Positions 19,020 to 27,790 of a stretch of DNA of 64,000 bases are shown here, one piece after another. The notes under the pieces are model-generated. The model was given only the letters and a program-made list of their open reading frames with translations. It was not told where the DNA came from and made no database searches. Position numbers and translations under genes: made by a program. The first letter of the stretch is position 1, and each line of letters opens with the position of its first letter. Source of the stretch: Thermodesulfovibrionales bacterium (GTDB lineage: Bacteria; Nitrospirota; Thermodesulfovibrionia; Thermodesulfovibrionales; UBA9159); assembly GCA_050014695.1 (NCBI GenBank), contig JBEKCV010000003.1, forward strand, positions 13,727 to 77,726, in the 5' to 3' direction.

Positions 19020-19258
19020 TGGCGGCCCCCTTGCCCCCTCAAGTTGAAGATCATGGAGCGGATGTTTTTATAGTGCGTGATGAAGTCGAGAATTTTTACT
19101 TCAGGGTTGCGGTAAAAGGTTTCTATCGTATCGGTAAGTGATTCCCCAGACACTTCAAAGGCAATGAGCCTTCCATTATTTTTCGGTGTTATTGAAAAGC
19201 CCGAAAGGGAAAGGTAAGCGAGTAAGAGGGTATCTGTCAGTTCTTTTTTCTTTTCCAC
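19016..19258 (-). CDS. small DUF5659-like phage-type protein
   Basis: TDTLLLAYLSLSGF..IAFEV..FY..V.ILDF..YKNIRSMIF; overlaps the primase start (ATGA). Confidence 0.65.
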   Translation of the reverse strand: MEKKKELTDTLLLAYLSLSGFSITPKNNGRLIAFEVSGESLTDTIETFYRNPEVKILDFITHYKNIRSMIFNLRGQGGRQ

Positions 19259-19379
19259 TTTTAACGTCTCCTTTCTTTTTCATTTGAGGGGGTTTACCCT
19301 CAACTGTAACCATAAATAACATGGATGGATGGAAAAGAAAATAATTCGCTATATAGAGGGGTCTAAATGGTGAAAATGG

Positions 19380-20354
19380 TCATCTTGAAGAGATGGCCCT
19401 ATGAGTAAGTCTGATGCTATCGAGGATCTTGCGTTGTGTCCTGAGTGGTAGGGGGCTGAGAAGCCGCTCTATTTCTTTTTTGATTGCCTTTATTCCTATG
19501 AAGGGTATGCCGATCTTCCTTTCAAGGTAACGCGCAAGCCAAGCGGCATAGTAATATTTTTGGTGGCTGTAGAAATGTGCCCCCGGAGTTTTGCCGGTCT
19601 TTTTTCTCTTAAGGTAAGCGTCCACTTCTTTTATGCCTTTCACTAGGCTTTCTCCCGTAACTTGCTTGCCCTTTACTCTATTTGGATCACCCCCGGCCCA
19701 TCCTGCAGCATCTCCGAATAACATACTATCTACCGCGAGAATTGCTCTCCCGGCTTTCGGGTCTTTCTTACTGATTGAAGTGCGCAAACTGAAAAACTCA
19801 TTACGAAATAGAAATACCCGTATCATGGCCCATCTGATAGCATGCATTATTTTCTCATGGTCTTTTTTGGGGTAGCGGCTTAGAAGGATAGGCGCGCCTT
19901 CCCCCGGCAATTCGGGATTCTTTCTATAGGCTAAAAATGCCTCGTACTCATCCTGCATAAAGTAAAAAAATGTTTCCTTATCGATAGCAACTTTAAATTC
20001 TTTCAGCATGGTTTCTGAGGGCTGAAAAACAATATTCTTCACATCACGGAAAAGCCTCTCCCATCTCTTTCTTTTCTCCCCATGTCTATCTTTGTCTATA
20101 TGAGCATCGCCACGACGAGAAGCATTTCTCTTTTGAGTATCCCTGATATCTCTTACGATTGCTGCCGATGATCTTCCCGGTTTATAGATATCACGCCATT
20201 GCTCAGGATTTACAACCTCGGGGAAAATACTAAAAAAGCTTCTGGATGCAGCTACAATATTTTTCTCGGTAAAAGGGTAAAGTTCTTTAAGATGGCTTTT
20301 AATAAAAGCGGTTAATCTCTTCTCATCTATCGCGGTTTTTTTCTTTTTCATCAT
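19380..20354 (-). CDS. hypothetical basic protein (324 aa)
   Basis: Long ORF coupled to the upstream ORF; no motif recognised. Confidence 0.65.
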   Translation of the reverse strand: MMKKKKTAIDEKRLTAFIKSHLKELYPFTEKNIVAASRSFFSIFPEVVNPEQWRDIYKPGRSSAAIVRDIRDTQKRNASRRGDAHIDKDRHGEKRKRWERLFRDVKNIVFQPSETMLKEFKVAIDKETFFYFMQDEYEAFLAYRKNPELPGEGAPILLSRYPKKDHEKIMHAIRWAMIRVFLFRNEFFSLRTSISKKDPKAGRAILAVDSMLFGDAAGWAGGDPNRVKGKQVTGESLVKGIKEVDAYLKRKKTGKTPGAHFYSHQKYYYAAWLARYLERKIGIPFIGIKAIKKEIERLLSPLPLRTQRKILDSIRLTHRAISSR

Positions 20355-20581
20355 TTAGGAGCACATATGACAGTAATATTTCCCGTTGCATAAACCACAG
20401 AACCGTCTATTCTTAGTTCTATTTGCCAGTAGGGGAATTTCTGAGTGGGTAATAGAATGTCAGCTATTTCAGGAGAGGTGAAAGACATACCGTTAACATG
20501 GAGTACTTTTAAGCGATCTACTACAATATGGTTTACAAATTCGTTATCGTTTGCCATTTCTCTAAATCCTTTCTTTTTCAT
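20351..20581 (-). CDS. hypothetical protein
   Basis: Short ORF whose stop overlaps the next start. Confidence 0.5.
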   Translation of the reverse strand: MKKKGFREMANDNEFVNHIVVDRLKVLHVNGMSFTSPEIADILLPTQKFPYWQIELRIDGSVVYATGNITVICAPK

Positions 20582-20656
20582 TTTCTTTGTTCTCCACAAT
20601 AAATCAGGGGAAGGCTGTGGAGTCAGTTTTTCGGGAGCTACCCTATCCCCTGAAAG

Positions 20657-21145
20657 TTACTCTTCCATATATGGCTTTATAAAGGCTTCCCATTCACTTC
20701 TCGAATGGCATTCTTTGTTTAATTCCGTTTCAATGCATGAAATAGGTGGCATGACAGCATCTATCCCTTCATAAAACCACCCCCACCCATATACCTTGTT
20801 TTCATTGACATCCTCAAGCTGCTCGTTTGTAAATCTTACAGGTTTTTCTAATTTGACTCCATTAGCATCTTGAAACTCAGATATACTTAAACTTTCCAGG
20901 ATAAAACATTTATACAATTTGCTGTTGAAATGGCTTCTGTAACTCCTTACTGCTTCCCCCTTAGCATTCCTTGCATAATCCTGACATCCACCAGGGCAAT
21001 TCTCAAAGTGCTCCTCTGCTTGCTTCCCACATTGCCTTGACAATGCATATAGTGTTTTTTGGTCTAGTTTGTCTTGTGCTGCACTTACACAATTAATAGA
21101 AATCAGAAGAAAAAAAGCCATGACTATTAATGAAGCTCGTTTCAT
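20657..21145 (-). CDS. exported Cys-containing hypothetical protein
   Basis: Signal peptide; several Cys in the mature part. Confidence 0.7.
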   Translation of the reverse strand: MKRASLIVMAFFLLISINCVSAAQDKLDQKTLYALSRQCGKQAEEHFENCPGGCQDYARNAKGEAVRSYRSHFNSKLYKCFILESLSISEFQDANGVKLEKPVRFTNEQLEDVNENKVYGWGWFYEGIDAVMPPISCIETELNKECHSRSEWEAFIKPYMEE

Positions 21146-21167
21146 ACCCGTGTTTATCGATAATGAA

Positions 21168-21467
21168 TCAATAGCTACAAGCGGATTTGCAATAATTATA
21201 CATGTATCCCTTTGATGTGCAATCGTTCATACATTTATAGTCCGTACCATGTGGCTGAGACGTGTTGTTATAAGGATTAGTGTTATACGGATTAGAAGGA
21301 GTGCTGCGGTCTGGTAATTCATAACTACATTCTGATTTGCAGTAATTGTACATGTATCCTTTTGCCATACAATCAGACATGCATTTAAAATCTGTTTGCA
21401 TTCCTGACCATGCTAAACATGTCGATGCGAAAACGATTACCATTGTCAATAAAAATATCTTTCTCAT
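21168..21467 (-). CDS. exported protein with two Cys4 repeats
   Basis: Signal peptide; TDFKCMSDCMAKGYMYNYCKSECSY and TDYKCMNDCTSKGYMYNYCKSACSY. Confidence 0.75.
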   Translation of the reverse strand: MRKIFLLTMVIVFASTCLAWSGMQTDFKCMSDCMAKGYMYNYCKSECSYELPDRSTPSNPYNTNPYNNTSQPHGTDYKCMNDCTSKGYMYNYCKSACSY

Positions 21468-21514
21468 ATCTCCCCCTTCTATAACTTCCAGTATAGCAAC
21501 GCTCGTATTGAATG

Positions 21515-21549
21515 AAAAGAAAAAGGCCCAGGTTGCCCCAGGGCCTTCC
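21515..21549 (-). terminator. intrinsic terminator
   Basis: AGGCCCTGG-GGCAA-CCTGGGCCT hairpin followed by TTTTCTTTT on the minus strand. Confidence 0.6.
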
Positions 21550-21563
21550 ATGCTCAAGGGTAC

Positions 21564-21833
21564 TTAAACCACCTTACGGACGAGAGTTTCTATGGTTCGA
21601 AATTTTTCTTCCATATCCCAAACAAAAGGTCCCAATTTGCCGCGCTCAAGTAGAGACATTTCACTACGCGAAGCGAGTCCCAAAACAGAGATCATGCCGC
21701 CCAGCTTGTCCATTTCCGCTGTGATAACATCTCTCTCTTCGGTCGTGATGAGGTCTTTAAGCAGTTCCCCTTTTTTCGATTCCAGGTCAAGGCTCTTGCG
21801 TTCACTCTTGCTTGGCTCACCATTCTTTTTCAT
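21564..21833 (-). CDS. hypothetical helical protein
   Basis: AGGAG RBS; 89 aa. Confidence 0.5.
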   Translation of the reverse strand: MKKNGEPSKSERKSLDLESKKGELLKDLITTEERDVITAEMDKLGGMISVLGLASRSEMSLLERGKLGPFVWDMEEKFRTIETLVRKVV

Positions 21834-21890
21834 GTCTTTTCTCCTGTTCCTTTCTGTCAACCACTGGTCGGTGCTTGACACTAAGCGTTA

Positions 21891-22586
21891 TTAAGCGGCC
21901 TTCCGGGTAACGATATTTTTAACCGTCTGTGGGTGCCACCCCTTACCTATCGGCCTATGCCCTGCTTTCGTCAGAGCCTCACAGATTGCACGGTAGCTCA
22001 TGCCATGATCGTGAAGCCTTCTTGCCAGGGTGATAACTTCTTGCTCTTCCACGTGAGGGATTAAAGCGTTTCCATCCTCTGCTAATCTCCACCCGTAAGG
22101 TATTTGTCCGGCCCTCTCACCATTTGCTATCTTCATTTGCAAGGCATCCTTTGTGCGTTCTGAGATCAAATCCCTCTCCATTTGAGCGAGAGAAGCGGTG
22201 ATATTCAAGAAAAAGCGGCCCATGGCTGTCCCGGTGTCTATCTTCTCATTCAGTGAATGAAAGGTGACCCCGCTCTTTTCAAATGTCTCGATGAGGGTGA
22301 GGGTGTCAATGACCTTTCGGGAAAGACGGTCCAGCTTATAGACTATGATTGCATCGACACGCTTGAGCATACCCATAAGCGCCTGGATGCCCTCACGATT
22401 TAAATTCTTGCCGCTTTTCCCCGCGTCCTCGATGATCTCAGATAGTTCAAGGTCATTTAGCGCGCAATACGCTTTGATCTTTGCTTTCTGGTTATCGAGG
22501 GAAATACCTTCCAATGCTTGCTCTGAGGTTGAGACTCTGACGTAACCAATTGCCCTTTTCATTTCCTTTGTCCTTTCCTTTTCCAT
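21891..22586 (-). CDS. serine recombinase (resolvase domain plus short recombinase-type C-terminal domain)
   Basis: GYVRVSTSEQ, VYKLDRLSR, AQMERDLISERT, PYGW, WHPQTVKNI. Confidence 0.92.
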   Translation of the reverse strand: MEKERTKEMKRAIGYVRVSTSEQALEGISLDNQKAKIKAYCALNDLELSEIIEDAGKSGKNLNREGIQALMGMLKRVDAIIVYKLDRLSRKVIDTLTLIETFEKSGVTFHSLNEKIDTGTAMGRFFLNITASLAQMERDLISERTKDALQMKIANGERAGQIPYGWRLAEDGNALIPHVEEQEVITLARRLHDHGMSYRAICEALTKAGHRPIGKGWHPQTVKNIVTRKAA

Positions 22587-22631
22587 TGCCTTCCCCCTCG
22601 ACATACCGGGAAAGGTCATAACTTCACAGCA

Positions 22632-22796
22632 TCACTTTTTTTGTTTCTTTGTTTTCGGTGCTTTTTCAGGATCGAGTGCCGCCGCTTTAGTGAGAATGTC
22701 TTTTATCAAGTCCTGCAACGTGGAGCCTATTTGAGCGGCCCTAACCTTTAAAGCCCTGTGTACGTCATCGGGAAGGTTTCTGACTATGAGGTTCAT
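22632..22796 (-). CDS. FitA/Arc-like ribbon-helix-helix regulator
   Basis: MNLIVRNLPDDVHRALKVRAA..STLQDLIKDIL; AGGAG RBS. Confidence 0.85.
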   Translation of the reverse strand: MNLIVRNLPDDVHRALKVRAAQIGSTLQDLIKDILTKAAALDPEKAPKTKKQKK

Positions 22797-22829
22797 ATAT
22801 TGTCTCTCCTTTCTTGATGTGATGATTAG

Positions 22830-22858
22830 ACTGTACATCAATGCAATCAAGATGTCAA
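22830..22858 (-). promoter_or_regulatory. sigma70 promoter for the leftward operon
   Basis: TTGACA-17 bp-TACAGT, overlapped by TTGAT/ATCAA repeats (possible RHH operator). Confidence 0.65.
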
Positions 22859-23227
22859 GAGAAATCTTTAGCCCATGTTCTGCTTGAGGTTTGACGATGT
22901 GCCCGGAGCGATTGGAAAGAATGCTCTATCGGTGATGCGGTGAGTTTCGCGAGGCCGGGGGAGGGAGCGGCATCAAATGGATACCTTAAAAAATTTCTCA
23001 CAATACCAACTAACACACAAGGAGTTTGAAAACCCGTTTCTCACCCCGGAGAGGTGTTCGGACAACTGGAAAAAAGTTCTGGTGGTAGACCATTAAAAAC
23101 TGCAGCAAGCGAGGTGCGATATTGTTTGAGTTACCACCAAGGCTTTTTTCTTGTAAATCAATTCTGGCTCGTGATACCATCATGCATCCAGTGGTTAAGT
23201 GCTTTATTTTTAAAAGGTAAAATGGAT

Positions 23228-23304
23228 TATAACAACTAGTTATATAATTTATAACAAAATAGTTATATAATATGGGGCTTGCATTTTATAACAATTTAAT
23301 TATA
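23228..23304 (+). promoter_or_regulatory. three operator-like palindromes and promoter upstream of the TA operon
   Basis: TATAAC-N5-GTTATA (23228-23244), TATAAC-N6-GTTATA (23250-23267), TATAAC-N6-ATTATA (23287-23304); TTGCAT -35-like at 23279. Confidence 0.6.
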
Positions 23305-23309
23305 AACTG

Positions 23310-23699
23310 ATGATATATTGGAGGATAAAAGTTTTTATTAAGGACAGAGGAACTGATGTCATTAGAGAATGGCTAAAGGATATGCCCAGGGGTGCCCAAA
23401 TAGAAGTCAATACACGCTTGAGATATTTAAGAACCCTAAAAACCTGGAAGGGTAGGCCATTATCAGCGAAACGTAAAGGAACTGGGGATATCTATGAAAT
23501 TATTATATCCTGGAATAAGAATCAATATCGACCCTTAGGATTCTTCGGACCGAAAGAAGATGAATTTACATTACTCATAGGAGCGCAGGAAAAAGATTGG
23601 AAACTTGAACCCAAAAATGCCGATGAGATTGCCGAGCGGAGACGTAAATTAATTTTAGAAGGTGGGGACAACATAGATGACTACTTTAAAGAGATATAA
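23310..23699 (+). CDS. RelE/HigB-family toxin
   Basis: DVIREWL..DIYEIII..QYRPLGFFGP..FTLLIGAQEK; toxin-first order. Confidence 0.8.
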   Translation: MIYWRIKVFIKDRGTDVIREWLKDMPRGAQIEVNTRLRYLRTLKTWKGRPLSAKRKGTGDIYEIIISWNKNQYRPLGFFGPKEDEFTLLIGAQEKDWKLEPKNADEIAERRRKLILEGGDNIDDYFKEI

Positions 23700-24207
23700 G
23701 GAAGAATTAACAGAAAAGCTTCGTGACAAAGAATATCGAGATGCTTTCGTATCTTCACATATTAACAATGGACTACCATTCCAAATCCGAGCATTACGAG
23801 AGCAACGAGTGTGGACACAAGAACAAGTGGCTAAAATTAGTAATAAGAAACAGGAGACTATATGCAGACTTGAAAATCCCAATTATGGAAATTACACGTT
23901 AGGCACCTTAAAAGAGATAGCCTCTGCATTTGACGTGGCTTTGGTAGTAAGATTTGTCCCATTTGGTGAACTCATCGAATGGGATATTAACCTTTCTTCT
24001 GATTCATTAGAAGTGGTAAGTTTTGATGAAGACCCCTATTTTCAAGAAGATAGACCATCTCCCCATGGAAGTGGACAACAATATACAATAATGCCAACCA
24101 CAGCAGCAGCCAATAACGAAGTTGCTATAGCAGATTTAATATCAAGAAAAGTGGACATAGGGTTATCTCCACATCTCTCTTTTGCTGTTAAGGCATATGC
24201 TACCTAA
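23677..24207 (+). CDS. HigA-like XRE-HTH antitoxin with C-terminal extension
   Basis: QIRALREQRVWTQEQVAK..QETICRLENPNYGNYTLGTLKEIASAFDV; ~60-aa tail. Confidence 0.85.
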   Translation: MTTLKRYKEELTEKLRDKEYRDAFVSSHINNGLPFQIRALREQRVWTQEQVAKISNKKQETICRLENPNYGNYTLGTLKEIASAFDVALVVRFVPFGELIEWDINLSSDSLEVVSFDEDPYFQEDRPSPHGSGQQYTIMPTTAAANNEVAIADLISRKVDIGLSPHLSFAVKAYAT

Positions 24208-24240
24208 AGTATAAAATTCTAAGAATTTGGGAGGCTAATT

Positions 24241-24663
24241 ATGACCAAGAAGAAGAAAAAAAGACCTCAAAAAGAAGCAGTAACAATCCCCGTCAAATGG
24301 AATGTTCCCGATACTATAATTACGCGGTTTGCCAGCAATATGACAGTCCAGATCATCGAAGGTTACTTTAAGATTTCATTCTTTGAGCTCAAGCCAGAGA
24401 TTCTGTTGGTTGCACCCGCAACACCACCGACCGAAATTATTGCTGATTGTGTGAGTAGCGTCATAATCCCGCCCTATAAACTTTCTGCTTTTATAGACAT
24501 CTTAACCCAACAACTTCAAACATATCAGGCGACACAAGTTCAAGCTAAGGTTGTCGCTCCCATCGAGACTGTTTATGGTGACAAGCCAAAATCTCCCCCA
24601 GAAGCCCTGCCAAAAGCCAAGTTTTCCCAACAAAGGCCGGAGAGGAAGTTTGACGAGGAATGA
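24241..24663 (+). CDS. DUF3467-like protein
   Basis: RFASNMTVQ..YFKISFFE..VSSVIIPP..F..IL..QLQTYQ pattern; GGAGG RBS. Confidence 0.65.
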   Translation: MTKKKKKRPQKEAVTIPVKWNVPDTIITRFASNMTVQIIEGYFKISFFELKPEILLVAPATPPTEIIADCVSSVIIPPYKLSAFIDILTQQLQTYQATQVQAKVVAPIETVYGDKPKSPPEALPKAKFSQQRPERKFDEE

Positions 24664-24917
24664 CTCACTACTGATCTTTCGGCGCTCAGACCATCCCTGA
24701 ATATCCTGATCTGAGATCCCTACTTCTTTCAGAGACAGAAAAGGAAGGAACGGGACTGTTAAATTTTCGCTGATGTGCCATTGTAGTGGCTCAGGATCGA
24801 TTAAAAGAGGGGAAGGCATAGGATGGTATGCCCCTGTTTTTTGATTCGAGGGACAGTCCAGGGACGGTGATTATGTAAAATATTCAGAGCTAACTTATTG
24901 ATATTAAAGGTAAAAAA

Positions 24918-24994
<77 letters not shown>

Positions 24995-25442
24995 AATAAA
25001 GTTTCAGAACGGCAGATTTTACAGTTAAACATCCGACGGCTGAAAATTAACGTTGAAATATTATCCTAGTTCTACGAAAAAAAATCAAGGTAAATCTGTT
25101 GAAAAATCTGTGTTGATTGAGGGTTTCGAAAAATAGTATTTTGGAGACCATATCCAGAGGCATTGCATATCTGGAAGGGGAAGATGCTTATTTTTCATGC
25201 TTCGAGTCTCTCTTGTGCCAGCGAGTGCTGTTTTTGGGCCTTATCAAAAAATGCCACTGCCTCGCTACTTTCAAGCCGTAGATAGTTTCGCCACGTGATT
25301 GAAAAGATGGACAGGAGTCCGCGTAAAATTTTAAAATATAAACCTTAGAGACTGAATGGAACTGTTCTGTTATAGTAACGATAAAGCTGTCACGTTCTTG
25401 GTTAAGGATGAAGAAGCCCCACAAGTCAAGAGTTGGAGGAAA

Positions 25443-26030
25443 ATGGTCGCCATGAGAATATCAGGAGGTGTAGCAAAAGGGAGAAGGGTAGGTTCTAAGA
25501 AGGCCTTTATTCAAAAAAGTGAAGAAGAGGAACTCAGACCGACGTCATCAAAGGTCCGTGAAGCCATTTTCGATATCTTACAAGAGCAAATTCGTGATGC
25601 CTCGTTCCTAGACCTGTATGCCGGTACCGGGGCAGTTGGTTTCGAAGCGCTGAGTAGAGGAGCGACAAGGGTTGACTTTGTTGAGACCAGTCCGTTACGG
25701 GTGAGGATCATAAACCATTTCCTATCCGAGTTTAACTTTAAAGAGCGCTCAAGAGTCATCAGGGAGAAGGTGCATGACTTCATAAAAAAGACTACTCCTC
25801 GTGGTGACTCTTATGATGTCATTTTCCTCGATCCACCGTATTTTTCAGATGAGCTTTTGAGGGTTCTCTCCCTTTTGGGAGAAGGGGGTATCGCAAGGGA
25901 CGGTGGCATTGTAATAGCGGAACATTTCTATAAGACTGTACTGCCTGATACGATGAATGGTCTTAGGAAGAGAAGAACCTATAACTACGGTGACACATCG
26001 CTGTCACTCTATCGACTGGAGGTATCGTGA
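25443..26030 (+). CDS. rsmD: 16S rRNA (guanine966-N2)-methyltransferase
   Basis: MRISGG, LRPTSSKVREAIF, LDLYAGTG, DPPY; followed by coaD. Confidence 0.92.
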   Translation: MVAMRISGGVAKGRRVGSKKAFIQKSEEEELRPTSSKVREAIFDILQEQIRDASFLDLYAGTGAVGFEALSRGATRVDFVETSPLRVRIINHFLSEFNFKERSRVIREKVHDFIKKTTPRGDSYDVIFLDPPYFSDELLRVLSLLGEGGIARDGGIVIAEHFYKTVLPDTMNGLRKRRTYNYGDTSLSLYRLEVS

Positions 26031-26518
26031 AGACGGCCATATGTCCAGGTACTTTTGATCCCATAACCAATGGCCACCTCGACCTTATTGGGAGAGGCCT
26101 GATGATTTTTGACCGAATAGTTGTAGCGGTCGCCCTGAACCCGAAAAAAGAACCCTTGTTTACCCTTAAGGAACGTCTGGGAATGATTCGGGAATCTGTT
26201 AAGAAGCATAAGAACGTAAGGGTCGAGGCCTTTAATGGATTGCTCGTGGATTATGCAAAGGCTAGGGGGGGCGTCGCAATTATCAGGGGCCTAAGAGCGA
26301 TATCCGACTTTGAATATGAGCTCCAGATGGCGTTGATGAACAGGAGACTGGATATGAATATCGAGACGGTCTTCATGATGCCTTCTGAGGAATATTCCTA
26401 CCTTACCTCTACCATCGTAAGGGAGGTTGCTTTTTTCGGAGGTTCTGTAAAACAACTCGTCCCCGAGGCTGTTGAAAAAGCACTCATGGAAAAGTTCAAG
26501 ATTGCGAAAGATATCTAG
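26027..26518 (+). CDS. coaD: pantetheine-phosphate adenylyltransferase
   Basis: PGTFDPITNGHLD, RGLRAISDFEYE. Confidence 0.97.
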   Translation: MKTAICPGTFDPITNGHLDLIGRGLMIFDRIVVAVALNPKKEPLFTLKERLGMIRESVKKHKNVRVEAFNGLLVDYAKARGGVAIIRGLRAISDFEYELQMALMNRRLDMNIETVFMMPSEEYSYLTSTIVREVAFFGGSVKQLVPEAVEKALMEKFKIAKDI

Positions 26519-26616
26519 ATAGGAGTGTATCGTGCCCCAAAAGACTTTGTGGGTAATCGATATATGGGTTTTGTCTTTTGCCTTACACGGCTTGGAATAG
26601 CAGGGAGCGCTAACGT

Positions 26617-27651
26617 ATGAGGCGCAAGGAGCTTCCTGTCCCTCCTCACTTCGACCCAAAGAAGAGCGGTGAAGTCTGGAGAGTTCCCTATGAGGAAAGG
26701 GCCGAAGAAGCGAGGCAGTGGAGGGAGGAGCACAACATACAAGTAGCAGCAAGAGACAGCTTCAAGATCTGTCTCTTGGCTGTTGATGTGCAGAATACGT
26801 TCTGTATTCCCGGATTCGAATTATACGTGGCCGGGCGATCAGGCACCGGGGCTGTTAACGACAGTCGAAGACTCTGCGAATTCATCTATCGAAATCTTGA
26901 TGTGATCACGTCAATATGCCCTACGATGGATACACATCAGGCGATGCAGATTTTCCATTCGATCTATCTGATCAACGATATGGGGGAGCATCCCCCTCCT
27001 TTCACGTTGATTTCGGAGCAAGACGCGCTGAAAGGTGTTTGGAAGTTTAATCCTGAGATTTGTTACAGTTTGCAGATCACGGAGGACTACGGACAGCGCC
27101 ATCTCCTGAACTATGTGAGAAAGCTGAAAGAGGGGGGGAAATATGACCTCACCATATGGCCGTATCACGGTATGCAGGGGGGTATCGGTCATGCGCTCGT
27201 TGCATCTTTTGAACAAGCCACATTCTTTCATTGCATAGCACGATACAGTCAAACCGATTTCCATGTGAAAGGGGACAGGCCTTTTACCGAGCACTATTCC
27301 GCTCTCGGCCCAGAGGTGCTGGAGGATCCCAATGGAGAGCCGATAGGTCGGAAGAACGAGAACTTCTTTAGAAAGCTTCTCCACTTTGATGCAGTCCTCA
27401 TCGCCGGGCAGGCTAAGAGCCATTGTGTGGCGTGGACGATTGGGGCGCTTCTGGAAGATATCCTTGTCCAGGACAAGCGGCTCGTTGAAAGGATATATCT
27501 CCTGGAAGACTGCACCTCACCCGTCGTTGTGCCTGGGATATTGGACTATACAGAACAGGCTGATGCCGCGTTCAGGAGATTTGCTGATGCCGGGATGCAC
27601 GTGGTTACCTCTACCGATCCTATCGAAAACTGGCCCGGCATCAGGATTTAA
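26617..27651 (+). CDS. isochorismatase/nicotinamidase-like cysteine hydrolase
   Basis: [27 protein letters not shown]. Confidence 0.82.
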   Translation: MRRKELPVPPHFDPKKSGEVWRVPYEERAEEARQWREEHNIQVAARDSFKICLLAVDVQNTFCIPGFELYVAGRSGTGAVNDSRRLCEFIYRNLDVITSICPTMDTHQAMQIFHSIYLINDMGEHPPPFTLISEQDALKGVWKFNPEICYSLQITEDYGQRHLLNYVRKLKEGGKYDLTIWPYHGMQGGIGHALVASFEQATFFHCIARYSQTDFHVKGDRPFTEHYSALGPEVLEDPNGEPIGRKNENFFRKLLHFDAVLIAGQAKSHCVAWTIGALLEDILVQDKRLVERIYLLEDCTSPVVVPGILDYTEQADAAFRRFADAGMHVVTSTDPIENWPGIRI

Positions 27652-27674
27652 AGACCTAAGAAGCTTCTGAAAAG

Positions 27675-27790
27675 TTTTGATAAAGGTTACCTTCAGTATG
27701 TGCTATTCAGTTCCACCTCGTTGTGTGTGTCAACTACAGGAAAACAATATTGGCGGAGCTTCTTGATGATAGGCTCAAGGAGTTGGTAGA
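27675..27790 (+). mobile_element. IS200/IS605 TnpA N-terminal remnant
   Basis: FDKG / SVCAIQFHLVVCVNYRKTILAELLDDRLKELV. Confidence 0.7.

Noticed and set aside
22632..22796. FitA-like protein as antitoxin of a FitAB pair
   Set aside because: No adjacent PIN toxin; its position at the head of the operon fits a stand-alone repressor
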